DNA of 64,000 bases from Takakia lepidozioides. Lineage: Eukaryota; Plantae; Bryophyta. Below are positions 1 to 10,869 of the stretch, piece by piece; the first letter of the stretch is position 1; each line of letters starts with the position of its first letter. The stretch covers positions 13,640,001 to 13,704,000 of the forward strand of contig CM060732.1 in assembly GCA_030704615.1 (NCBI GenBank), written 5' to 3'. Under the pieces are notes generated by a model. It saw only the letters and a program-made list of their open reading frames with translations. It made no database searches and was not told the origin of the DNA. The position numbers and the translations under genes are program-made.

Positions 1-3000
1 TCATTTCCTAACCTGGAATGACCTTAGTACAGCATTCCGAAACAGGTTCAGGACAAGCAAAACTGAGGATGAAGTGTATGGAAGTTTACAACAGCTAAAG
101 CAAAAGAAGCATGAAACTGTTGAAGATTACATGGAAAAGATGGAATTGATGATGAAAAAGTTGGCTGTTGTACCAGCACCAGGGTTACAGAAGACCTGGT
201 TTGTGAGTGGATTAAGACCTGAATTACAAAAGAAAGTGGATATGCTACCCCATAATACAGTGGAGGAGGCATTTGAAACAGCCAACAGAATTGAGCAATT
301 GGGAATGCTTAGAAGAGACAAAAAGGAAGATGAGGACTCTGAGGATGAGTCAGATGAGGAAGAAGAGCAAGAGCTCAAGAGGAAGAGTAAAAATAAATAA
401 AAATTGAAGAGGGACAACTATGAGAAAAGACTGGAGGAGGTCTTGAAGTATGCCACAGAGGCTGCAACACATTGGAGGAAGGGTGCTTGGTGTGCAAAAT
501 GCCAGAATGAAGGCCATACCACAACTGAATGTCACATGAAGGAGAAACACTGTACTATTTGTAAAATGAATAACCATTCTACTGAGAATTGTTACTACAA
601 CAGAAGGGCAGCTGCAAGAGAACCTAGGCAAATGAGGGTGCATCAAGTGCAGGCCCAGCAAAGGAGAAACAATGATCAGGACCACTATGGAAGGCCTGGT
701 GGTTATAACAATGGTATGGCGGGGAGAGGTAATCCAAGAGGGAATTACCAAGGCAATCCCAGAGGCAACTACCATGGTAATCCAAGGGGGAATTATCAGC
801 CAGGGAATCAGGATTATAGAAATAATCCCAGAGCAGACCAAGGGCAAGGACCCAATGGTGAAGAACTGTGTTACTACTGTAATCAGGCGGGACATCACAA
901 GGTAGCCTGTCCATTCTGGATCAGACACCAGAATGAGATGAGAGCTCCTGTAAATGAGGCCCCAGTGGTGGCAGCTCACATAGTTAGGCCATGTTTTGTA
1001 CCAGAAGTAAGTACAATGATAGTAACCAGAAGCAAAGCTAAACAAATACCTCCAGTGGATGAGGAAGAAGAGGGTAATGAGGATGGCAGTGAGGTGTCTG
1101 AAGATGATGAGGCTTGGAGAGATGAGAAGGAACTTCACAGGGAAGTGGCTGACACCATAAGGGAAATGCAGAAGAATACTGATATCCCCATGGTAGATAC
1201 TTCTGACTCTAATAGAGAAGATGGAGAGGGTGAAGAGGAAGTGAAGAAGGAAGTTGCACAAATGCAGAGTAATGAAGAGATTTTGGCTAAAGTAATATGC
1301 TAGACCAAAGCTGAGATTACCACGGGACAGCTATTGGCTGTGGCACCTCATTGTAGGCACAAGCTGTATCAAGCAATTAATCAGATTGCTCATGTGACAG
1401 AGAACACAGACCTGAACAGCAAGGTGACAAGTTATAATGTGAGGCCTGAGGGGTGAGAAATAGTCATGGACTTTGATGATTCTATGCCAGTAATCCAATT
1501 GAGAATTGGAAGCACAGACTTGACTGATGTACTGATAGATGGGGGCTCGGGAGTGAATATTATGACAGAGCAATTAAGGCAGAAGCTTGGTCTGAGTAAC
1601 ACGAAACCAGCCCCATTTACAGTAACAATGGCAGATCAAAGGAGTGTACAGCCTTTAGGCTTGATAAGAGGAGTAAAGATACAGATCCAAGAGATGATTT
1701 TTAAGATCACGGTGACTGTGTTGAAAATGGATGATGTCATGGAAGCTTACTCCTTATTGCTGGGTCGACCATGGCTGAAATAGGCCAGGGTATTCCATGA
1801 CTGGAATTCCCAGTTACTGACTGTGCATGATGGGAAGCACAAGATACAGGTCACCACTAAGAAATCTAGTAGGCTACCTGCTACTAGAAGACCTCGTGGA
1901 GTCAGAGAGTATGACTGGAGAGGAGGACTCGATGAGGAGCAGGAAGCTACTTTGTTTGCTGCGCACCCGGAGTGGGAGTAGGTTGCAGAAATGCAACTGG
2001 GAGGCTTGAGTTGTTTTAAAGGTTTCTATTGTGGAGCGGTGACAGCAACACCAATTGAGGGGAAAACAAGTAGTTACCCACCACATTTCTATGAGGAAAG
2101 AAAGAGAGAAATGGAAATCCTAGAAGAACCAGCCACTGTGAGTTTACAGGATGAAGTAGTGGCTGGACGGACAATCACAGCTGAAGAGCAGGTGAGAGAC
2201 GTGAATGTGGGAACTGAGGAGGAACCAAGAATGGTGAAAGTAGGGGCTGACTTGAAGCCAGAATTCTTTGAGGAAGCTAAGAGCCTATTCACCAAATACA
2301 GAGATGTATTTGCTTAGAGCTATGAGGATCTGAAAGGGATACCACTTGAGATTTGCCATCATAAGATTGTACTGGAACCAGGGTCAGTGCTAATCAAACA
2401 GGCTAGGTACAGGATGAATCCTAACTATGCACAGAAGGTTGGGGAAGAGATCAAGAAGTTGGCTGAGGCTAAGTTCATATACCCAATAGAGTATGCAACT
2501 TGGTTGTCACCCGATAATCCCCAAGAAGAATGACAAACTGAGAGTTTGCGTAAACTATAAGAAGTTGAATGCTTGTACAAAGAAAGATTCATTTCATTTA
2601 CCATTCACAGAAGCGGTACTGGACACTGTGGCAGGCCATGAGATGTACTCATTCATGGATGGCTTCAGTGGGTATAACCAAGTGCAAGTGGCAGAAGAGG
2701 ACCAGGGAAAGACAGCTTTCATCACAGACTGGGGTGTTTATGCATACAAAGTCATGCCTTTTGGATTTTGTAATGCACCAGCAACTTTTCAGAGAGTGAT
2801 AAGTGAATCCTTCCATGAGTATCTGGATGATTTCATGCAAGTGTTCTTAGATGACTTCAGTGTGTACAGCTCTAAGAATGAGCATTTACAGAAGCTAGAA
2901 TTATGCTTGGGCAGATGCAGGATGAGAGGTCTTGGGTTAAATCCAGAAAACTTTCTGTGTGAATTCAGGGGTACTTCTGGGACACATCGTGTGTAAGAGG

Positions 3001-3295
3001 GGACTACTTGTGGATCCCAGAAAGACAGAGGCCATTAAAGCATCTCCACCACCAGGAAATGCTAAAAATCTAAGGAGATTCCTTGGACAAACCAGTTATT
3101 ACAGAAGATTTGTCAGACGGTATGCACAGATGGCAGCACCTTTGAGCAGGCTTCTGAAGAAGGATGCAGTGTTTACATGGACAGCTGAATGTCAACAGGC
3201 TTTAGAGGAACTTACATTGTCAGTAACAACTACACCTGTGTTGATTAACCCACACTGGCATGTAGTACTTCATGTACACTGCGATGCCTCAGGGG
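1..3295 (+). mobile_element. Decayed Ty3/Gypsy LTR retrotransposon internal region (gag-PR-RT-start of RNase H), truncated at RNase H
   Basis: Gag ORFs 74-1303 have three CX2CX4HX4C knuckles (CAKCQNEGHTTTEC, CTICKMNNHSTENC, CYYCNQAGHHKVAC). Protease LIDGGSGVN...LLGRPWL at 1466-1783. RT motifs DGFSGYNQ, MPFGFCNAPATFQR, FLDDF at 2493-2996. RNase H HVHCDASG ends ~3294. Multiple stops and frameshifts. Confidence 0.95.
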
Positions 3296-3449
3296 CCGTC
3301 TCGCGCTCCTCCCTAGCTTCCTCGCCATCCAGTGGGCTCGGAAAGGGCTACCCACCTCCGTCTTTCCGTGTCTCTCTCCATCCGTTGACAACAATAGAGA
3401 TTTGTTGCCGGTGCAGGAAAGAACTTGGGTGTGAGGAAAGTAGAGTGAA

Positions 3450-3891
3450 ATGCCGCACTCGAGGCTATTAGCGAGAGTTGACTCTCCCACTGTAGATGTG
3501 CTGGTGGACTTGGGCCATCCTTTTCTGACTACACTTTGGACGGCTTCATCAAGATTGGAGGGGTGGGAGCTGCTCATGGAACATTGCTAGAGGCCTTCTC
3601 AATGTTGAAGAACGAAAGGGTGACAAAGCGTAATCTTGAGAAAGTGGTCAAGGAATCAGGCAGACAGGCCTTTCAATGGGGTATGGTAGCAGGAATCTAC
3701 ACAGGCATGGATATGGGATGGAACGTGTTCGGGGCAAACACGATTGGAAAAATGCAGCATTAGGAGGGGCACTGACCGGTGCCCTTCTTTCGTTGGGAGA
3801 TACCACTTTTAATCGCGACAAGATGATTCGCACGGCAATCACTAGTGGCGCCATAGCCACTGCTTCAGAGTTTATTTGGTACCTCACCTAG
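3450..3891 (+). pseudogene. OEP16: Intronless retrocopy of chloroplast outer envelope pore protein 16 (Tim17/22/23 family), two frameshifts
   Basis: Joined frames from ATG 3450 read MPHSRLLARVDSPTVDVLVDLGHPFL/YTLDGFIKIGGVGAAH...QWGMVAGIYTGM/YGMERVRGKHDWKNAALGGALTGALLS...AITSGAIATASEFIWYLT*. This carries the OEP16 signatures D(L/M)G(H/N)PFL and YGxERxRGxxDWKNA. No introns. Confidence 0.88.
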
Positions 3892-3924
3892 GTTGCCATT
3901 GTATGGATTAGATTCTCCGGGCAT

Positions 3925-4086
3925 TTACGGAAACCCCTCCGAGAAGCAGATGAGGCTCTCGGCAGATTGCCCGACAGGTTTTGCTTGTAAATCAATCTTG
4001 TTAGCCAGCGATTGCAAGGCCTGCACCTGAAGCTCCAGGAACATCAAATAATCAGCGATCTCCTCTAGCAAAATGGGAGTGTCCAT
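3925..4086 (-). pseudogene. Fragment of an atypical (IBH1/AIF-like) bHLH gene, helix 2 only
   Basis: The minus frame reads MDTPILLEEIADYLMFLELQVQALQSLANKIDLQ...*, resembling the LLEEAxDYIxxLExQVxAL helix-2 pattern of non-DNA-binding plant bHLHs. Basic region and helix 1 are absent. Confidence 0.55.
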
Positions 4087-5259
4087 ACAGGTTGTCTTCC
4101 GGCCAGTAGACAGAGATTTGAGCTCCCACCTTCAACTTCTTAGCTTGCATATCTTACTTCGTCAGTCTCTTGCCTGTTGCCCCACTGGGGCTTAGTGCCT
4201 TTGATGCGTTGGCCCTGCATTGCTATATGCGCATGCTCAGTCCAGGGCCAATCCACGAATTCATTGTCCGGCACGATCGGCAAATCTGGACAGTGACCCT
4301 GTCTTCGATGCACTGGTTCCCACTTTCCTTTGACTGGGCGAACGAAATTACTCGCTGGTAAGGCTGCATCCAGTCCAACGACGTGCCTATCCGTGCTTTA
4401 ATGGACACAAACAGCACTCGAGAGCATGGCTGAGGCAGGAAACTTCGACAAAGCACCAAATAAGGACTTACTTCCGAGACTCCGGAAAGAGCTTCCTCCT
4501 GGAGAGATGCTTCTCTGCCTGCAAACAAGTATTTCTCTACCACCCAACTCTTATACACGCTCAAAGCAACAATCGCAACCTCGGACCACAGAACGAGGCC
4601 TTGTCCGTCGAGCTTCGGTATAACACGAGATGTCAAGCTTGTGGAGCCGACATGAATACCAGATTCTACGACAACCCTCTACGCTTATCAGAAACCGAGC
4701 TCGGTACCACCCATAATAGGAAAACAAAACCAACAGCCTATTCTTCCTTACAATTGCGCATCATCCTGCTGCTCCACCAGCCTTGTCACAAACATAATCT
4801 ACAAACCACCATAATTTTCTTTTCTTACTTTCAAAACAAAAACCACAAGTGCTAGAACTAAACTCACATCTGGCACTCACAGATGCAAGTTCATTTATCT
4901 CAAGTGATTGAAAGAACTAATCTCATATGTCTGATAACAGAGAAACACAAAACACAACACCATCATTCTTTAAAATAGTAGTCGAGCCAGGGGCACCCCA
5001 AGCTATGGGGACTCCACCCCACAACAACATATTCTCCCTGCATAAACACACTCAGATTCCAAACAGTGAAGGAGCTCGGTCGTGTAGGCTCAACTCGATA
5101 GAGATGAGCCGTACGACTGACGCTCTCGTGAAGATAAGACGGTTCAGGTGTCAAACTAAACTTGACACCTGACTTAACACTTGAACTAAATCCAAGTGTT
5201 AAATACAAATAACTAGATTTATTCTAGTTAGTTTCACACTGTGTTTATTTAACTTGACA

Positions 5260-7560
5260 CCTTTGCCATTAGATCATTGAGCTGGGCCTTCAGCTCGACC
5301 AACTCTCTGTGGCTCAACCGGTAAGGCGCCTCGGCAGGCAGCTCCGATCCTGACACCACCTCTATTTTGTGGTCAACTCCTCTTCGTCATGGCAAGCCGT
5401 TTGGTAAATCCTCCGACATCACATCCTGATATTTCTCCTGGATTCCCTTGATCCAATCTGGGCTCGGCTCCCTATCGACTTCTCCTTCCACTTGTCTTAC
5501 GTAATACAAAAACTGGGCCTCGTGTGGCTTCTCCACGGCCCACTCCTTTGCTGTCAGCAGGTTTATTCGCCCTTCCACTCGGTTGGTTGTTCCCGACACT
5601 CGTAAAACTTCGTCATCATCCCCACACGGTAGCGTGACTACTCTCTTGCGGCCATTTATGACCGCTCCGAAATTGCTCGAAAAGGACATCCCCAAAATGA
5701 GATCCACTGCATCGATCTCGCAAATAGTGAAGTTCTCACGTCCCTCCCAACTCCCCAGCTCAAGAGGAACATCGAACGTCACATTTGTTGCCAGTTGCGG
5801 TTCTCCTTTGGCAGAACGCACTTCAATAGAGGCCCCCACATCACTTGTCGGGAGCCCCAGCTTTCGTGTCGTTGCCGGCATCATGAAGGAGTGCGACGCT
5901 CCTGTATCCACCAACAACGACACGTTAGTTCCCAAAATGATCCCGCTCACGAACATTAACTAACTCCCTTTACGCAAGGCTCCCGTCTCCTGATATAATT
6001 CACAAGAGTAGTTGTCTACCTTGCAAGTCTTGGCGACCACCGCCTCCATCAAGCAGCTGATGGATTCTTCGGACAGCTCCGTGGTCGCCCGAGTCATGTT
6101 CAACTGTCGGTGTTTCAAGCACTTCTTGGCCATGTGCCCGGGTTCCCCGCAATTAAAGCACGCCCCATCAAAGGTTGTCTTCTGTCCGCCATAAACTGAC
6201 GCACCTGATTTTTTTTTCGAAGCACCAGGGTGCCGCCTTGACGTGCGAAGGCCTTCTTTTCGATTTCCATATGTCATTGTCGCCGTGTGGCCTATCCTAC
6301 TTCTTTTCCGATCGGAAGGAGTCATCCTCCCGCCCGGACTTTCTTATGGTTTAACTCCGTACGACTTCGTCTTTCGCCCATAGGAACATCCGAAAAACAT
6401 TCAACCCATCCATTTGCCTCGTTCAAAGTCTTAGATTAGATGGCTTCTCCTCCAACTTCCGTCTGGCCCACGAGGCTAGTCCCGCCCGTTTTGCTTCAAA
6501 TTCCTCGTCTTGTCCCGGGCGAGCCAGGACGCGTTGAGGGACGCAAACTGTGTTTTCATAAGTTTCTTGAACCCACTCCAGCTCAAGGTTTCTGGGTTTG
6601 GCCCTTGGTCATGAAGGCGCTTCTGCCACCATTGTTGAACATAGCCCCTAAAATAGGTGAGAGCCACTTCCACCCGATCCTTGTCACTTAACTTGACCGC
6701 CCGGAAGTATAGCTCCAGCTCCAAGAGCCAAGTGTTGAGTGCCTTCCAATTTTGAACGCCCTTGAAGGTGTCGGGTTCCTTGAACTTCACTTTAAACTTC
6801 GCCTTAGTGGAAGTGGCATTAGCCGCCCTCATCACGTCTTTCAACGTCTGGCCAAACTGCGCCAACAACCCTTCCCAAAAGGCTGCTGGCATTGTAGACA
6901 TCTGTTGGTTTGGCGGAACCTTTGGGAAATCCTCGGGCTCCGACTTCCCCCAAATTCCTCCCGTTCTTGAGTTGCCTCGTTTTCAGAAGCATAAATCGCC
7001 TATTCCACTTGCTGCTTCGATGACACGTCATCCCCACCAAGCTCACCAAGATCATTGTCTTTCAGGCCGTTCCGCTTTCGATTTGTCTTGCCCGATCCCA
7101 TGGTGAGGCCGATCTCAAGTACGATCGCGTACTGAACTCTAAGCTCTGTTTCCAAGTATCGCGCACCTCACTTCAGAATTCTCTTTCAAGTCATAGTTAC
7201 TCGCTTTGATGCGTGCGCCTAACTCCCGAGCTGGCCGCCGGGCCAACTCGGAGCTTCGGCTGCTCACCGGGGTATAATGGTCCCCCTCACACTCCCACTC
7301 GATCTGTTGGGCTCAGTGTAAATTCACTTTGGTAGATGACAGTCCAAAACAGCTCCCCACACCTTGGTCGCTTTCCGGCTCGCACTCTTACTCACTAGTT
7401 TTTGGTCACCAACAAGTTTACACCATTCTCGGGTTAATACTCCTTACATATACTTCTGTAAGTGTTCCATAAGTAGCCAAGTCCAAATCTAGTGCACCAC
7501 CACTTAGACCCTCGATCGTCCCTGTGGTGAGCCGCGGTGAATCTGACCCACCCACCACGA
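5260..7560 (-). mobile_element. 5' half of a Ty3/Gypsy chromovirus-family element (partial LTR, PBS, gag, protease, start of RT)
   Basis: Gag 6476-6901 (KEPDTFKG...WLLELELYF), knuckle CFNCGEPGHMAKKC, protease LVDTGASHSF at 5387-5956. Nucleotide similarity: 5260-6090 to 30097-30921, and 7203-7559 to 25868-26243 (LTR). Confidence 0.9.
7143..7154 (-). promoter_or_regulatory. Degenerate tRNA-iMet primer-binding site
   Basis: Minus strand TGGAAACAGAGC matches canonical TGGTATCAGAGC at 10/12, and lies between LTR-like sequence and gag. Confidence 0.7.
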
Positions 7561-10500
7561 AATTTTGCACCATTTGAGCACTGCACTTTCGAATTTGTCT
7601 CTCGGGTCAACTGCATCCAAACTGACTACATATTCGTCTATTTTCACAGTGACAAGTGCCAAGACCTCTGCGTATTTTCAATTGGGTTGGCGGTGTTTCT
7701 TGGTTTTTATCATAGGGTCCGAGCCAAAAGCAGACTGCGCAGACGCCTTCCTTTTGCATTTCTTTTTCCATTGGACTCCACCATTGATATCATCAGATAT
7801 CTCTACCGTTTCTGCATTTAAAGATTTGTGAAATGACCGGTGCAAAATCGTATGCAGGGAATTGGCATGGTTCAGACTAGTCCTCACATACACTTAGTGG
7901 CCAATCGGGAATGCTCCTCTCCCCCATGTCTTCAGCTAACCACTTCACATCCTCCTTGTCAAATGTTTCCAACATGATTCCATGCACCCACACTTTGTCT
8001 GTCAACATCCTCACTTTCCACTCCCAAGTCACTATATGTCTATCACTCTGACAGAGCCCACCCCTGAAAAGGGGCAATAGTCGCAAGGTGAAGTGGCTCT
8101 TAGTTACGTCGGCTTCGGCCGGAGTCATGTCTCTATCACTCTTAGAATCGCTTGAAGACCCGCCACAAATGCTCTCATTTGGCACTTCTGACCAGTTTGG
8201 CACATCACTCACAGCTTCTTCCCTAAAACCATCACCAAATTCAAGACAATTGGGCTGCAACACTCCCAAAGGGTACCTGCATCTAGGCTAGGCACTGCAA
8301 ATGCCAATACATGTGGAGGACTTGTCCATCTGACTGCTCCCTGCAGACCCTCAGGCAAGACATTGTCAGATTTCCTCCAAACAGGAAGCCTCAGGGGAGG
8401 CGACCAAGCACTGCAGGGAATCGTCCTCTTTGCTCTCGCTGCATGTTTCATTTGTTTGAGTGTCGGCATCAGGCCACATCGTTCACTTCCTCACTAAAAC
8501 CAAGATCCCTCTCCTCGTCTCTCTCTTTCTAGCAAAAGAGCAACTTGTTTTCTGAAAAGAAATCGATGGTTATGCACAAGAGGTCTTATAAGCCAGCGGC
8601 TGGCCCGAGGTGGAGGCGGTAGACTCAATAGGGATTCGTTTGACAAACAACCTAATATGATACTCACTTGCTGCTCAGTAGCATGCTGACTCTCTAATGC
8701 CCAAGTACTCATGATATCTGCAGCCTTTTGAAGGCGTGGTGGAGGTGCAGGTGGCACCAGTGCCTCTACATGCTTCCGCTTGCCCACCATTCGCTTCCTG
8801 TGCCCACTCCCTACCCTACCACAAAGCCCAACGCAGAGCAAAGAAAGCCTTCAAGACATTAGCCGCTCAATGGAATAATACAAACTACATGCAAGCGGAA
8901 TATGTACACTGGAACAGCTGCCCAAGAAGTGAGAGTAGTGAAGGCGCACCCTCCAATGTGTGCGCCCTAATCTCACAATGAAGGCAAGCTGACCTCGAAC
9001 CGTAATCGAGCGAAGCGAAATGAAGAAGGATTGCAAAGTAGCCGTAAACAAAATGCAAAAAGCCACAGTGTCAGAACAGAATAGTGCCCCTGCAGCGCAA
9101 CGTCTCAGCGCCGTGAAATCCTGCTAAGCAAGGCAACATCATGCAATCATACCCAAATCGACAAGCTGCAGGTACGAGCTGTAGCTCGCACCCCCGACAA
9201 AACGCAGAGCGTGAAAGGAAAGAGAAGACATAACGTGCAGGAAGACAATATCCCGTCGCTGCATGATCTTCCGCACGGGCGGACACCCAGTCCGGGCCAC
9301 GCCACCCTGCATGCAGGCCTGGGTGGCATCGCATTACGCCCCGCCGGTAGCCCACGCCCCCCCCACACGCTGGACGCCGGCAATGCGAGGCACCAACCTG
9401 CCACGTCAGCGGGGTCAACGCCGCTGGCACCTTCTGGGCCAAGTGTTTCAGCCCCCCGCCCAACTACCTCGTCCATCATTGCTTGACATGTGCCTATAGT
9501 CTTCCAACACGGCAGAAGTCACCCAGAAGTCAACATATTAAGCAGGATCTACGTTCGAACAACCCTCATCACTTCAACCATGTCATTCACGGGTACTGCA
9601 AAAGTAAACAACGAAACTGCATTTTCGCATGACACTTCAAATTGGCATAGAGAAAACTGTGGTTTGCGGCAGAGGATGTATCATCAAGAGGGAACATCAA
9701 CGTGTGTTTAGACGTGTTGTCTGCTATCAAGTCATGTGCAGTACGCAGCAAAATAAAAATTGAAACCCATGAGAATGCTACACCCAGAAACAGCAAAATG
9801 GCTCGAGTGCCACCCCTCATAACCATGTACAAGCTATATAGGCATGTCACTTTTCTTTCGCGTACCTGGAAGGCATTTACAACTTGGCACATTGATTGTA
9901 ACTGTGCTAGGACTTCATTTGTGCAAGCTGACTCCAATCAAGCAACCTAGCTTCAGTTCAGAGTATTGACTCAAGGACAGGAATTGATGCCACACAGTAG
10001 CAACCGGTACCTTTGCACAGCCCACTGGTTCTTCAACTATGTTGCAATATAGGTCTTTTGGCCGAGTCCGACATGCCTCCATATCTCTGTAGATCACTCT
10101 CTGCAGATGTACAGCAAGAGAAGTCTACATATGCCGCTCCACTGTTCAGTGACATAACTTATCAATAGCAAACATACAGTACAATGAAGCAATTAAAAAA
10201 CCATCTTTAGCACGGCAAGCGAAAGGCATAGTACTTTACTCTAGCCGGAACATAAACCATGCCTTCATACATGCAATGGATAGGTCCTGCATTCGAGGAT
10301 CATGTGTACAAACGTGCAAGTAGCACTGTACAACAATGCCAATGACAGAAGGCCAAATTGCTCTGTTCGGATGGCATACAATAATGTACTTCCAATACAG
10401 CAGTGGCAAGATGAACACTCCATATGTTAACATGCTTCACTAGCATTTATCTTTGGCAGCTACATGGCAAATATGTAAACTAGCAAATACTTCAGGAGGT

Positions 10501-10869
10501 TTCTAAATGCAAATGGTGCCCAACTTGATTCACTGTTCTAACCTGAACAATGACATGGAGCATGTAATCCCAAGAATTCAGTTCTAACAATGTCATTCCT
10601 CGTCATACACTCTCCTGCCTGCTCTCTGGCTACCTCTCCGCCATAATAAACTACACTAGGGCATGAACCTTATGTGATTTTCATTCACAGTCGGTACTCA
10701 TAACCTACAAAACCCCCATAAGATTATTCATCACTCTGATCCCGTAATGTTTCCACTCATTTGTGCGTCTTTTTTTTGCAACCGCAATCATCTATGTCCC
10801 CCCCTCGCTCTCTTGCTTAACTCTCCTCCCCCACTCCTCCAGATCCAACCTCCACTTGAGAACATTCCT

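Noticed and set aside
350-1261. Long antisense ORFs (also 27972-28778, 33707-34237, 59699-60414)
   Set aside because: Shadows of coding frames on the opposite strand.
7877-8841. Broken minus-strand frames that look protein-like
   Set aside because: No recognisable domain or consistent exon structure; cannot be supported as a gene without a search.
9587-10101. Possible exon with splice acceptor downstream of CPR
   Set aside because: Short, contains stops, and no family is recognised.
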